A stretch of DNA of 64,000 nucleotides from Perna viridis (GCA_037379345.1 CM074517.1:46422577-46486576), one strand, 5' to 3'; positions 25,401 through 40,400 are shown, counted from the first letter of the stretch. The notes: generated from the sequence alone by a model not told the origin. Made by a program: numbers and translations.

Positions 25401-28400
25401 TGTTAGCTCTATACATGTGTATACACTATTTATCAACTCAATTCTTAATTAAGACCATGTGTGTTGAAAAGGAATTTGTTATGTACAAACTCTGTGTTTC
25501 TTGCATTTATATGTATGATTGTTATTCAAAGGAAGTCCTGGAATGAAAAGCGCTATGGGTAAGGTCACATGACCATGAAATGTTTTTGTCATAATTGTGT
25601 GTTTCTGCATTGTGTGGTGTTATTGTAATGTTATGTGGAGTTAGTGCTGCTTGTTTTGCTAATAACTTTTGAACACACACATTGAAATACCATTTGGTAA
25701 AACTTGAGGAATGTTTTATAGTCCTAAAAAACATGAAAGTGAAAAAAGATAGTCATGATATGAAAGACTCATTTTTTTTACTAATATTCGAGGATAGAGG
25801 AAGTTTCATGAAGAACTATTTATCAGTCCACAGTGTAAATTGAGATACAAGCATTTGGACAAATTTTCACTCCCTTTGGCCGAGATTTCAGCACTGTTTT
25901 GGAACTTTGTCTATTGTTTATTAGTACTGGTTTAAGGTAAATTACTGTGAAAGTATTTATTTTCAGGGTTTCTGGTATATGAATAAGTGTGAAAAATAGT
26001 ACATGGAATGGATATTTTACATTACGAAATGCTAATCATTTAAAAAAAAAAAAAAAAAAGAAAAATGTACATTTGTATATTTCTTTGTCCTATTAACAGA
26101 CCTCTTACTTGGCATTAGACCAAGAAGATTGATAAGTCATGTTTCTAGCTACCAGCCAAAAAATAGGGTTGGTAAGGGAATTATTTTATTTTTTAAAAAC
26201 ATATTACATTGAGTTAATGGGGAAACAGTCTAGACTTCAAAGTGTTTGAGCAAAATTGGCCATAAAATGTTTGGTTAGAGTGGAGTAGCAGGAAACAGAC
26301 ATATCTTTTTTGCTTTATGCATCATAACCTTAATTTTGTTTAATAAAAATCTTATACATTGCCTTCTTCAATGAGTTATGTATCATTTCTCATTAATAAC
26401 TGCTTGCTTTGCTACAGCTTTTGATTAGCAGAATTTTCATTATTATTAATTATGCTAGACACTTATTCAGCATTTATTTTTTGATGAATTGTCTAACAAA
26501 ATATGTTTTGATTGACCTTGCTTTTGGGATAAGAATTATACATGTAATTTATGTGCATGTTTATACAAAAGCAATTTCACATGAAATTTGAGTGAATTGA
26601 ACATGAAATTTATGTGATTTTCCATGTGAAAAATGTGATTTGAATGGATTTTACAATAAGTCTGTCACAAAACTAATATTCAGTTCAAAATAATGTGAAA
26701 ATCATATGAAAATATCTTACCCACTGTGTACATGTACTTGCCTTATTGGATACTCTTATTTGAATTAATTTTTAGCCAAAATATGTGTAAAGAACTGGTA
26801 AAGGTAGCGAAGAAATAAAATATGCATTTCAAGTATTGTACATTGTACAGAAATTACATTGTCAAATTGGAGATTTATATTTCCTGACCATGTTTCAAGG
26901 ACTTTATAAGTTGTTTGAAAATATAATAAATTTTACAGAATATAGATTGAATTTGTGCTAGTATGAATTTCATAAAACCTTTTAGGCAGGAATAACAAAT
27001 GCATGTGGGCCTTATTTATACATGTCATCTTACATACTCAGCTTATAATTGTGAATCATGTTCTTATGACAATAATTATTCCATATTACATGCACTTAAT
27101 GCATTTCTAAATGTTAATGAATAGCTTGCATTGCTGTATGTATGCAAAGTTCTTTTAAGGCAGTGATGCATGAAGGAAGTTACCCATAAATGCTTATCAT
27201 ATGAACTGCATGGACAATTTCCCTCTACAGACCTTAAATTCGACAAGATATCAATAGAAGCTTTGAAGCTCTTTAGCTTGGAAATAACTTTAATGCTGAT
27301 ATTTTTGTATTGTAAATAACAGTTATAGTTACATGTATATCAGCAAGAATGTGTATGGCTCATTAATGCCTACTTGCAAAATTACAGATAGCCTCTCAAA
27401 ATTGCATAATTGCTAGAAATAATAGTTATGCTTTTGTATTTCAGCAATACAAATAAACATGGAATACTTGTCTCTTCAATAACTTTGATTATATCTGTGT
27501 AAATTGGCTTTAATTAGTTGTAGCTTAGTTTCCTTATTTTCTTTTGAATTTTCCAGGAAATGTTCCAGATGTCTACCTACTTCATCTACAAGTATCTCTC
27601 TATTCCCTCTTTCACAGACTATATGGCATGTTTCCATACAACTTTGTTGGATATCTGAGAAATTTCTACGGTAGTAAAAAAGAAAACATTGCTGTGTATG
27701 AGGAATTGGTCAAGGTAGAAATATACTATAATATGTTTTTATTCATATAAGAAAGCCCTCTTGATAAAAACATAATCACCGAGATAGTGTATAGAGATGA
27801 TTATTTTACTCTGATTACTAGTTTAAAAAAAATGGTGTGAAAAGTATGTAGTGCATTTGAACCAATTTTAAAATGATGAAATCTTTAATACCTGGAACAG
27901 TACTGTAAGGCAATCAGAACTACTCAACCATTTCTCCTACACTGAAAAATAATTCTTGGATGCAGAAAGGAATTGTGGTGATACGCTTGTCAAAGTAGTT
28001 CCACCTACATGTACCAAATGGTGCTAAAAAATTTAGATAGAAAGTGAGGAGCTAAGGAAAAAAGGTAATGGTACAAATTTCAACCAGTTTAACAATAACT
28101 TTAACTATAATTCGGGACAAATTCTTCTGCCTAGTGTCTCAGGGGTTTTCGTTCTTTGTAACAAGAAATGCTGAGGAGTTTTGGTTGCACTATAGGCATG
28201 TGTATATGGATGGCATCATAGGTTAATTATGAGTTTAGCCCACCTGAACATTTCATTTCTTTATGACAGCTACTCATTATCTGTTGTTGCCATTATGTAT
28301 TTTTTTTAACTGTTGGGTGATTTAAATGGTTTCTTGTAATTTTATATTTTTTAAGCTTTCTTCCCTTTCAGCCTTGTCTTGATTTGAATTTTTTTCCAAC

Positions 28401-31400
28401 TCTTGATAGTGAATTTCAGATTTTAACATTATCGCTTTGACCTGCATGTAGAAAAAAATCAAAATTTTTTATTTTGTAGTAGAAAAATGTTTTGAGCCAA
28501 ATCTTCCTTAGGAATATATATGGTCAAATAGTGCAAAACAGAAGTTATTTTTAAAAAAATGCACTTTTAAGGCGACTGTTTAATTTAATTTAAAATACAT
28601 TTAAGCCAATGTTGGAAAGAGTTCGCTTGCATCCTGGTTTGATTACTGGTAGTCGAGACACAGAGGTTTCTAGCAGCCGCTGGAGGTCTATGGAAGTACA
28701 GGATATAGTGATGGAATGTGCCAAAGTTTCCCTAGATGTAATGGAAGGTATTGATGGAACAAATAAAGATGTATTCCATAGGCCATTAGAACAGGGTGCT
28801 AGAAGGAATGGCCATGTGAGAGCCATTAAAGGTAAAAGTTATATGTGATTTTCATACAGTTACTGGACCAGGTTACAGAAATGAAATTATTTCAATGGAA
28901 TTAAGATTTTCACAAAATTGAAAACAATGTTAGTTTGGTTTCATAATCCATTTCAAAAAGAAAGTTTTCTTCTAAATTTAAATTTTCATTAAATTATTGA
29001 ATTTCAGTTATCAGATCTTGGATTAGAACATTCTTTATTGAAATAGTACATTTGGTTATACACTCCCAAAGGGAGCGTAAATGCGATTATGGACAACGAC
29101 AGTTTAGGAAACATAAATTAGCTTCGATGTTTAAATACAAATCGAATCTGAGCTTTTTCTAAGATAGAGATGGTCAAAACATGGCACTCGAATGTTTACG
29201 AAAATGACATAATTGATACCATACAAATTGACCCAAAGACAACTCACAGTTCCTTATCAAAGTTGTATGTTTCGGCCCATACATATTTCAGACCATGACA
29301 ATAGGAGAAGGACAATAAAAAACATATTACCAATTGATAATAACAGGGCTGAGAAAAAAAATGAAAGGACTTAGGTCATTGAATTAGGTCATTTATAAGG
29401 TTTCACCTTCCTCATAGTAGTTGTATTAAGAAATTGTTAATTAATGTTGCTTTATGTAAAAAAAACTTTTGTACTTAATAAGTGTGGGAGAATGAAGATA
29501 ACATCTGTTTGTCATTATCATGTTAGGGGTTATAATAAATCAAGAAACATTAGTAGTGAAGTGAAGCAATTGATTTTTCATCATTTTTTCATGCTTGACG
29601 TCTTTTACTTTCAGACTCATCATTTTTAAGGCTGCCAGAGAATGTGTCATCTTCAGGAATTCAGCAAGAGTTTTTCAGCCCTTCTATGGTGATAGGGATG
29701 TCGACACCTCCCCCCTCTCAGAGAAATACCCCTGCCACAAGTGTTCTGGAACTTTCTAGTGCAACACATGGTCAGTCAGGTATTTCTTTCTGACTTCTTG
29801 GCAGTTATTGATTAACAGCATTTTTTAAAAAAATTTATGTGTAGTTTTACTAAAAACTTGTGGTTGTATACATGTATTGCATTTTTGTCCCTAGATACTT
29901 GGTTTTCATACAATAACTTGGGTATTAGTTGGTTGATCTTTGTAAAATTTTATTAAAAAAATTTCAACTAACAAAAGGAAAGGTGGTATTGATTTTGGGA
30001 GTTATAGCCCCAATCATTTTAGAATTGGGAGCTGAAAAGGGAAAATAGAATTAATAGAATTCAACTAAAAAACTCAAGTAAAAGCATTGGAATGTCAATG
30101 ATATTGTTACCTGATGTCAAGACAATAACCTGTTTATTTTTGGTTCGATTTTGGGATTTTTTTTTTTAAATGGATGCCATATGAAGATCCCTGCCTGCAT
30201 TTTACAATCATATTTCAGGTATCTCTTATGGTTTTTGAGTTAAAAGAGGTCGAAGGGGCCATACCCCCAAAAAATCAACTTTTTTCTATTTTTGGTCTGA
30301 TATCAAAATTTTTTTATGGATTCCTTATGAAAATCCCTGTCTGCATTTGTCAGTCAGATTTTAAATATCTGTTACTATTTTCACATAATAAGGGGTCAAA
30401 TAGGCCACACCCAAAAAAAATTCAACATTTTAATTTTTGGTCTGATTTTGTAAATTTTTAATAGAATTTCAAATTTTGTGCTATATTGTTGACAAACTGT
30501 GTTCATAATGAAAGTCCCTTGTTTAAGTGTGTCAAAAATTAATACTGTGTCCACACTTGCCCTGTTCAGGGTTTGATCACTGCAGTCATATCATGCTATG
30601 CCCAGCGTAGCTCTTTATTTTCATTTTATTGAAACGATGATAAAAATGGTTGAAAGAAAGGAAGGAGGGCCTGATAACAAAAAATATTTCTTGTTGGGCC
30701 TTTTTTTTGTATCAGCAACTGTCCTGATTCTAATCAGCTAAGCTTTGCATGTCAGGTATTAAATTAAAGGGACAAAGCAATTTGATTTTCACAGAATTAT
30801 GATACATGTTAACTAGCTTTTGATTCATGTAAAATATTTATCTATAATACTATTTGGAGGACTGATTTCATTCCTCGAGTATCTTAGATTTTCGTTCAAT
30901 CTAGAAACCAGTGGTAAAGAGGTATTGGACAAGGGATTTACTAAGTAGTTCAGTCTACTGCAAACTTTTGACTTATTGAAATTAAACAGTAAAACAGTAA
31001 TCCAAAGTTCACAGTATTTGTTCTCTAAAATCTGACAATCCTTTCTTTTCAGCAAGTACAACTCATGGTAACACACCTGTCCTGACACCCAGAGCTACAC
31101 CACCCATATCTGATGAGCAAGAGAAGGTAAATTTTTCACGGCATATGTCATGATGATCTGTTTGGCCACTGCTGCTTCTCAAGACATAAGTGATTTTTAC
31201 CACTACCAGCTTTTGCCAGTTGTCTTTTGGGTTTAATTCACTGGAGAGACCTCTAGATTTCCCCTGCTAATATAAAGCCTATATCATTTTTGCATTTAAA
31301 ATCTAGGTACACTTTCTTTGGGAAAATTTTTGCATGAAAAGGAAGGAGTCGAACATGATTCAACACAATCATTGAAAATGTGAAACAAAATAGCATATTT

Positions 31401-34400
31401 ACAATAATGACACCAACTTTATCCAAATATATTTTGGTGGATTGGATCATGAAAGTGAATTGGATGGATTTGATTATGACAACATAAATGACAATTGTGT
31501 TTTTCTCCTGGAAATTTAATTTGATCAGGCTAGAAATGATGCAGAAATGCCAAAAAACATTGATATTGGGTGGTCTCCTGTTGACAGTCCCTTGTTTTGT
31601 ACACTATTCACTTTAATGCTTGGATTAAAGATCATTTGACTTGGGTCCTAACGTGCAGTATAAGTCGGAATTAAAGTAAAATTATTATACCTTGCAATTT
31701 AAAGATAATTTTTCATACAAAACTTTTTTTATATCCCCCAAAATTAAAAAAGTTATGAAAGCTTAAAATTAGTTTAGCATAAAAATACCAAATGCTGTAT
31801 TTACTGTGCAGTGTTGAAAGGGTTAAACATGCAGTGTTGACATTTTCAGTGTGACACAAAATACATATACATTATTTTAAGATCAATGAATTCTATAATG
31901 TATGTTTCTGCACATTTCATTTCATATGCCTGTCTATTATTCTGATTAAGAAAAATTCTGCAGTTCTGCAGTTCTAGTGGACTTAAATGCATAGAAAAGA
32001 TCCTTCATATATCTTTTTTTTCTTAACAACTTCATCGGCATCTGTCACAAGGTTTTTTTTTTACTGTTGGTATATAGTTAATTATTGCACCTGTTATAAA
32101 GTTGCAGATAGGTATAGTTATAACCTAGTTTTACATACAGATATCTGTAGTATTAGCTTTGATTTTTTATGGGTTGAATTTGCATCTTTCTTGATTCAAA
32201 CATAAAATTTTATTACTGTAGTCATATGAAACATTTCAGGGGATGAGTAGAAACAGTAGCAGAGGATCTCTTTTTACTAATAAAAGTGTAGATAGACGTT
32301 CAATAACCCTCGTAACCAAGTCACAACCAACTAGCGACTCTAAATCTAGTGTACCTCCATCTCCAATGAAAACAGAATTTACAACAGAGCCTCCACTTGG
32401 CACCTTTAGATCTCAGCCTGTTCGAACAACAGCTAGAGAACTCAAATTTGATATCATTAACAACCCGGTTCCTGAATCTCCAATGCCGTCATTTAGTGAC
32501 AGTGTTATGTTATATCCTGGTGCTGAGTCAGCAGAAAAGAATGAAGGGATTGATAATGTGATGAAAACAGAATCTGTTGATAAGGATGAGGTTTCCAAGC
32601 AAACTGGTCAAAGAGAGGACAGTCTAGAGAGAAAAGATAGTATTGAGAGGCCAGATTTGATGGAATCTTTTTCAATGGATACACTTCCTAAAATGATGGA
32701 GGCTTTGCATGATAGTGATGATGGTAAGTTAGTGAATGTGTATGTTCATTTCTCTACAGTTTATCCTTGATCATGGTCCAGCAATTTAATATGATGGTAT
32801 TTGGTTTAGAATTGTATGCTTATTGATAACAGTTGCTATAATAATTTGTGTCTGCTAAAACATAGGTCAAGAACATATTTTAGTTGTTTCTCAATACTAC
32901 ACATATTTGTGCCTCTTAATGCAGCTGAATAGAAAAATTTCATATGATCTTTGTTTTTCCATCAAAAAAACTTTGAGGGCACAATTCTTTCAGGATAAGT
33001 GATCAGATTTTTTTAATTCTTTGTAAGGTGGTTTAACACTATATGTATTTTATTGCCCCACACTATCGAGTACAGCCTATTTTACAGACACTAAAGGATA
33101 CGACTTCAAAATTCACTAGATATGCTACAGGTGCATGACACAGTCACACATATCTGTAGCAATCTGGTTTTTTTTATAAACAATCATTTGCTTATCAAAA
33201 TAAATTAAGGGAATAAGATAAAAGAATTCTGTTTTCTTTCCAGATGATGAAGTATCAGAAATCACACAAAACCATCAAGCAGTAAATTCACATTTAACAG
33301 CTGAATCTGTGGCTCAGTTCATGAAAAGTGTGAATAGAATCAGATTTAATAGTTTAACTGCCACTAATACAATGGACCTTTATAAAGATAAAGGAAGCAC
33401 TAGGTCAAGATCTTGTCCTAAGCTGACCTCAATGGAGGATGAGGAAGAAAGTGTTGGGAGTGAGGGGGAAATGTCCAGGTCAGTTTCAATAGCAACTGAG
33501 ATCCAAGAACAATCACATTCTAGTCAAAACAGTCAGGTTACAGCTGTACCTGTTGTTACTACTGTTGCCATAGACACTAAAACTGTTACCATGACAACTT
33601 CAAACATCAGTATTACTTCATGCCCAGTTTTTATCCAATCAGTCAATTCACAAGACAATCAGCCACCACAGACAAGTTTAATGGATGTGTTGAAAACAAC
33701 ATTGCTTCCAAACTCAATGCATCTTTGTCAAAAGTGTAAATCCTGTATGTTGTCTGGCAAAGATGACGGTGAGTGTAATGTATCTGTATGCTTAAACAGC
33801 TGAGTTGAGAGGAGTACTTCAAGTTCTGTATATCAAACATTTTAAGTCATAACTATATATTTTTATAAATTGTTTATATAATAGTTCAGTCATTTTGCAA
33901 CTGAAGTGGGCAGACATCCCCAAAATCACTAGGCATATGTACATGTCAATTTTTTTTAGAAAATGATCTGAAAGTGCTAAATGAGAAATTATTGCTCTAA
34001 ATTCTAACTTTCCTTGTTTGCTTAATCTGTTTTGAAGTCATGAAATTCTGTACCTCTATCTCTGTTTTATTTCATTTGACTGTTTTCCATATAATTCTCT
34101 TTGGTTTGTAGATAGAGAAGTCCCATTGTATCAGTCCCTTTCACCTCTCGAATTGTTGGACAAACATCTCACCATGGGTAGGGAGATTCATGCTAAAGAA
34201 CTAAGTAAAATACCAATAACTAGTCAAGAATCTATCAGCTGGACTCATTTTGGTGGTAGGTATTGGTATCCTAATCAGATTTGAATGTAAAATGTGTCTT
34301 AAATCGTGTAATTATAAGCATTCCTTTGACATTCCGACAAAGTAATTTTCAAAATGTTTTTTTTTAACTTTTGAATGGAATTTCAGGGATTAAGCATCCT

Positions 34401-37400
34401 TTGCAGATTTGCCTATAGTAAGAAAAATCTGTCAGACATTTGAAAAGGGAAGTAGTTTGATGTCAGGGTTTTACATGTACATGTTTGACCTGCATGAGTC
34501 ATCACTCATTGAACTCACATTTTTTTTTTTTTCATTTTCACTGATAATAACATTTAGTAATCTCAGCTTTTGAGTTATTGGTCCTTTTGAGTTGTTTGAA
34601 TTTAATGTATTAATACAGGATAATGTCTCTTTTCACTGTAATACAAGATAAAACAATATTTGTACCATGTTCATAATAGGTGCCCCTCCTGCTGATGAAA
34701 TCAACATTTTGAGAGGCCAAATTATAATGATGGAAAATCAGTTGATGTATGAGAGACATAAACGAGAACTACACAACAAGAGAAATAGACGACTTCTCAG
34801 AAAGATAGCCAATGCTGAAACTTTAGAGGAAAATAATAATGTTATGGTTAGTATCTACTGTTCAACAATTTAGGTGGAACTGCATTTAAAAATTCTTTTT
34901 CATATGCATTAAACTGTTCTTGTGGATATATTTAACTTGCATTTATTATCATTATTTGTGGTATGCTTGTTTTCAAGACCACAATATATGTACTTTGACC
35001 TCAGTCTTTGATCCAATTGTAAATTTACTTGTTTTATCTCTCAATCTTAAGGTAGGATATGTACATGTAAGAAAACAACTTCATAAATACACAAACTGTT
35101 AATCATTGTCTTCTGTACCATATGTTAATCCTGCATACTAACTTTTTAAAATTTATTGATAAGAACTTTTATGGCCATTCATGGTGTCATATGGAAATTC
35201 AAAGACTAATCATAACTTAATGTTATTAAAAATTTTTTTTTAATTTCAAGTAACAATTGACATTATTTCAGGCAGAACAAATACAGATTTTGGAAACAGA
35301 GATACAGAACTTTAAGATAACAACAAAATTGTTACAAGATGAAAATAGAAAGTTAAAAGATCTTCAAGAAAGCAATGAATATGAAACTCAAGTAAAATTG
35401 AGGTACTTAGGACTAGGGTGTATGATTGATCTGATTAAATTTAAACATAATAATTGTTTCATTCAGTCACTGCATGTAGGATCTAAAACTTTCCATTCTA
35501 CTGTCTGTTCAGATGACCTTTTTAGAATCCTTGGTTTTTTACCTCGGAATAATGCTTTCACAATCATATTATTGTGCCTATAGTAGGCATTAATGGCTTT
35601 TCCCCTGTATTGTATTGTAGTTTCTGTATGCTATATTAAGTTTTTAGCTAATCTACAGAGTGTTTTTATTACTAGACAATGTTCGGAAATCTGTACATTG
35701 ATGTGGGCCTAAATCTTACATTTAACAAAAGTCATAAGACTAAACAACATGATTTTGTTGTTAACTTCTTAGTCTCCAAAACATAATTACAGGACTGCTT
35801 TACAAGAGAACTCGGATCTGAAATCTACTAAAACAGAACTAAACACATTATTAGTCAGACAGAGAGAAGAACAAGATGCTCTCAAAAAGGTAGGAAATGC
35901 AACTCAAGGAAATGAAGGCTGAGTGGTAAAATTTTAGATGTTACCATATATACTCGCTTATAAGCTAGATTTTTCGGACTAAATTTTGAATTGCTGGGAA
36001 GGGTTCTGATTTCTAGACAAGATCTTTCTTATAAACTTAAATTTTCAGCTTAAAAATGGTAGCTAGACCAGCACTGTTTACCCCAATAGCTAATTGTAAA
36101 CATCAGTTTTAGGAAGACTGTCTTCATTTTCTACCTTTTACAGCTAAAATATGATGCAGTAAAATAGTATTTGCTGTTAAGTCTTTATTTTGGCCTTTTA
36201 TGATTTTATTTCCCACTCATCCATTTTGTGTATTGATTTTTATTTGTGTACTCTTATATAGCCAATAACTCAAAAGGTGTAACAATAATGTACTTGTGAC
36301 AAAAGTAATCAATATTTTAGTTGGTTATGACAATTCTTTTTTACAAATTTCTTTTTCCTTGTTTAAAGTTAGAACCTCTTAATGGAAATATCTTCAAAAA
36401 TGAATTGTTAGAGTATCATAAACTTTCTGTTTTATTCTTTGTTGTCCCCTATATTTATGATTTTTAATTGGGTTATTGGTTGTACCTCAATTAGAAGGAA
36501 TGAAAAAATGGCCTTATTAGTACAATTCACATGGCTTGTCAACAGTTTAATTACTTACTACAATAAAAACAACTCTGGCTTGTAATTATTTCAACATTTA
36601 TTAAAGTTATCAAAACAAACAGTTATACTTATTGTATATATTATAAATTAAGGAATTTTTGTGATGCAGTTGTCAGAGATCAGTCCAACTTACAAGCGGT
36701 TCACAGCTAGGTTCCTGAAATTTTCTACTGAAAAGGGGGGTCTGACTTAGAGTTGCATTGACTTTTACTCAAGTATATACAGGACTCACAAATTCTAGGG
36801 AATTCACAGGTAACATGTTAAAGTATGTGAATTCTGCATTAGAAAACTATATGTTCGGTCTTGGACTTTTATTTTAAATGTACTTAGGAAAGTAAAAAAG
36901 TCATTTATGTCTGCTAGTTTGGTTGACAGCAGTGCAATTTCCTAAATTGATGTGGTATTCGTCTTCACAGAAATTACAAGATGCAGACAGCCAGCTATTC
37001 CATGGCAAACAAGAAATTATCCACTTGAAAGAACAAGCAGAACTTGCACAGAAACTGAAAGATCAGGTACTCATAGAATTCATTTTTTTTTTCGTTTTTT
37101 GTTTGTTTGTTTGTTTTTTAATCAGAGTTTATACTTTAATATCAGTTCCCACTTTTACCCTATTCTAATACATTAGTAAATCTGATTTGATTCCTCAGGG
37201 TCACACTTCTTTACTGACTGTCCTTTTTTGGATTTTCTCTGTGCAAAAATAAGAATGCAATGTCAGACAGATTAATTTTAGATTAGGAAAACAAAGGTTG
37301 AAAGTTTTGTTCCCATCGTATTCTGCATCATTAATTCTAATTTTAAAAATAAATATTTATGTGCCTTTAATTTGCTTTAATTAGCCGTCATTATTAAAAG

Positions 37401-40400
37401 CAGATAGGAGGTGTTTTTATGCTTATCAAAAACCCACTGAATTCACATTCATTTCTAATTTGAAATCAGTCATAGACCCAGATTAGGACAATGCATGGTC
37501 TATTTGATTGATCGAATGTATTTGTCCTGAAAGTCATGTGATATCTGCCGTAAGATGTTCAACTACAATCAATCTCTGAACATGGTCTCTTGAAATAACT
37601 TAGATATCAGTGTAAATCATTTCTTCTAGGTATATAACATATTAAAAGGAAAGTAAATGTTGCTGTAAACACTGTCAAATAAAAATTATAATTCCTTGAA
37701 TGTTTCCATCACTTACTATTTTATTATAGATGTTACAAACCCATAAAGAATTAATGTTAATGGGAGAACTACAACAGAAATACCAGGAAAATATAAATAT
37801 CAATAAATATAGGGATAACAAACAACCGGAACATGAAATGTTGGTGGCTACACTGAAGGCTGAAATTAAAGGTTTGTAATAAATGACAACCTGCCAGAAC
37901 ATGAAATGTTGGTGGCTACACTGAAGGCTGAAATCAAAGGTTTGTAATAAATGACAACCTGCCAGAACCTGAAATGTTGGTGGCTACATTAAAGGCTGAA
38001 ACTAAAGGTTTGTAATAAATGACAACCTGCCAGAACATGACATGTTGGTGGCTACATTAAAGGCTGAAATTAAAGGTTTGTAATAAATGACAACCTGCCA
38101 GATCATGAAATGTTGGTGGCTACACTGAAGGCTGAAATCAAATATTTGTAATAAAGGACAACCTGCCAGAACATGACATGTTGGTGGCTACATTAAAGGC
38201 TGAAACTAAAGGTTTGTAATAAATGACAACCTGCCAGATCATGAAATATTGGTGGCTACATTAAAGGCTGAAACTAAAGGTTTGTAATAAATGACAACCT
38301 GCCAGAACATGAAATGTTGGTGGCTACACTGAAGACTGAAATTAAAGGTTTGTAATAAATGACAACCTGCCAGATCATGAAATGTTGGTGGCTACACTGA
38401 AGGCTGAAACTAAAGGTTTGTAATAAAGGACAACCTGCCAGATCATGAAATGTTGGTGGCTACACTGAAGGCTGAAACTAAAGGTTTGTAATAAATGACA
38501 ACCTGCCAGATCATGAAATGTTGGTGGCTACATTAAAGGCTGAAACTAAAGGTTTGTAATAAATGACAACCTGCCAGAACATGAAATGTTGGTGGCTACA
38601 CTGAAGGCTGAAATTAAAGGTTTGTAATAAATGACAACCTGCCAGATCATGAAATGTTGGTGGCTACACTGAAGGCTGAAATCAAATATTTGTAATAATG
38701 ACAACCTGCCAGAACATGACATGTTGGTGGCTACATTAAAGGCTGAAATTAAAGGTTTGTAATAAATGACAACCTGCCAGATCATGAAATATTGGTGGCT
38801 ACATTAAAGGCTGAAATTAAAGGTTTGTAATAAATGACAACCTGCCAGAACCTGAAATGTTGGTGGCTGCACTGAATGCTGAAATCAAAGGTTTGTAAGA
38901 AAGGACAAACTGCCTGAACGTGGAAAGACTGAAGGCTGAAATCAAAGATTTGAAATTAATGACAAGCTGTCTGAACACAAAATGTTGTTATATTTTAAAG
39001 CTGAAATTAAAGGATTTTACATGTATTAATAAAAAAAAAACTGCCTTAACATGACATGTTGGTGGCTGCACTGAAGGCTGAAGTTAATGGTTTTTACATT
39101 ATTAATTAAAACAACTGCCTTAACAGGAAATACTGTTTGCTACTCAAGTTTGAAGTGCTTCATGCTGAAGGCTGAACAATATTGGATAACTAAAATATAA
39201 ACTTCAGTGCCGAAGAATGCAAAGATTAATGTTCACTTGATGGTGCATGATTTAAATCATGTGTTCTTAAAAATATGCCACATCAACATGTATATAAATG
39301 TACCGTTACTAAATCCAGTTTTTACATTAACAGTTCTACAGGCTCAGTGGGACCGAGATTCTTTACAGCTCACTGCTTGTCAACAGAGGATTATTGAATT
39401 GGAAGAAAGCATTAAAAATAAGGTAAATATCAATAATTATGTTTACTCCAAAAATTACATTCTAAAAAAATTAAGTGCTTATGCATCACTTGTTTTTGGA
39501 AAGATTCTGGAAAATGTTTATGTTTACAAACTGTAATTTATATTCATGTAGGATATTTAGTACTCATATAAGCAGGTTAGGAACAAATTTACACATGGAA
39601 AATTTGTTGGCTTTTACATACTGCTAAATTCAAAATGAAAACTGTAAATTGGGTATTATTGGCTTATTGTGTGCTTAGCACTGTCAGATATTCAACCAAC
39701 TTTCTCTCAACAAAATCAAATTAGGTTTCCCAAAATTAAATGAAATGTTAAACAAGTTATAAGGTATCCTCCTAAACCATGTTTTACTTTATTTTCTATG
39801 AAGGATGGTTGTATTGTTGAACTGAAGAAAAGATTAGAAGATGTTAAAGTTAGCCAAGAAGACGAAATTAAAGTAACATAGTCAAAATATAGAAATGATA
39901 AGCTTTTATGTAGATTTTTTTCAGTTGTTCACCTGGTACAAAGGTCTCTGTGAGCTGATGGTATTACTAGCCATCCATCTTTGTTTACTTTGTATAAAAT
40001 GCTAAATCAGTTTGCTTTTATGTAAAAATCTCTCACTTGAGGCAGTGTCAATGGGGGAGATTATCTCCCTCATGAACTGTTCCAAAGGTTAACAGGTACG
40101 GTATACTTCTCTTAAACCATAAATTTGATGGTCTTTTTTTGTCCCATTGATTTTTACTAATGAAGTGTCCAGTTTAAATCTGTCATGTAATTTAAACAAG
40201 AAGGTCACATTTGCTATACAAAATGAAAATGTTTTCAATTTTCATCATGTGATCTAAGTGGTAAACAACTCTTTGGAAGAGTTATTGCCCTTTTTTATGT
40301 CAAGACTGTTGATCTTCACCTTTTTTGGTGCATATCTTTCTTTCTGTTTTTGATCATAAGACATATTAAAGCAGCAGAATCTACAATTTAAGGTAGACCA

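Noticed and set aside
31148-31250. C/D-box snoRNA (ATGATGA box C) in a TSC1 intron
   Set aside because: No CTGA box D or terminal stem at a suitable distance
37872-38900. CRISPR-like regular repeat array
   Set aside because: No unique spacers; the units are contiguous exon-derived tandem repeats in a eukaryotic intron, and no cas genes are present
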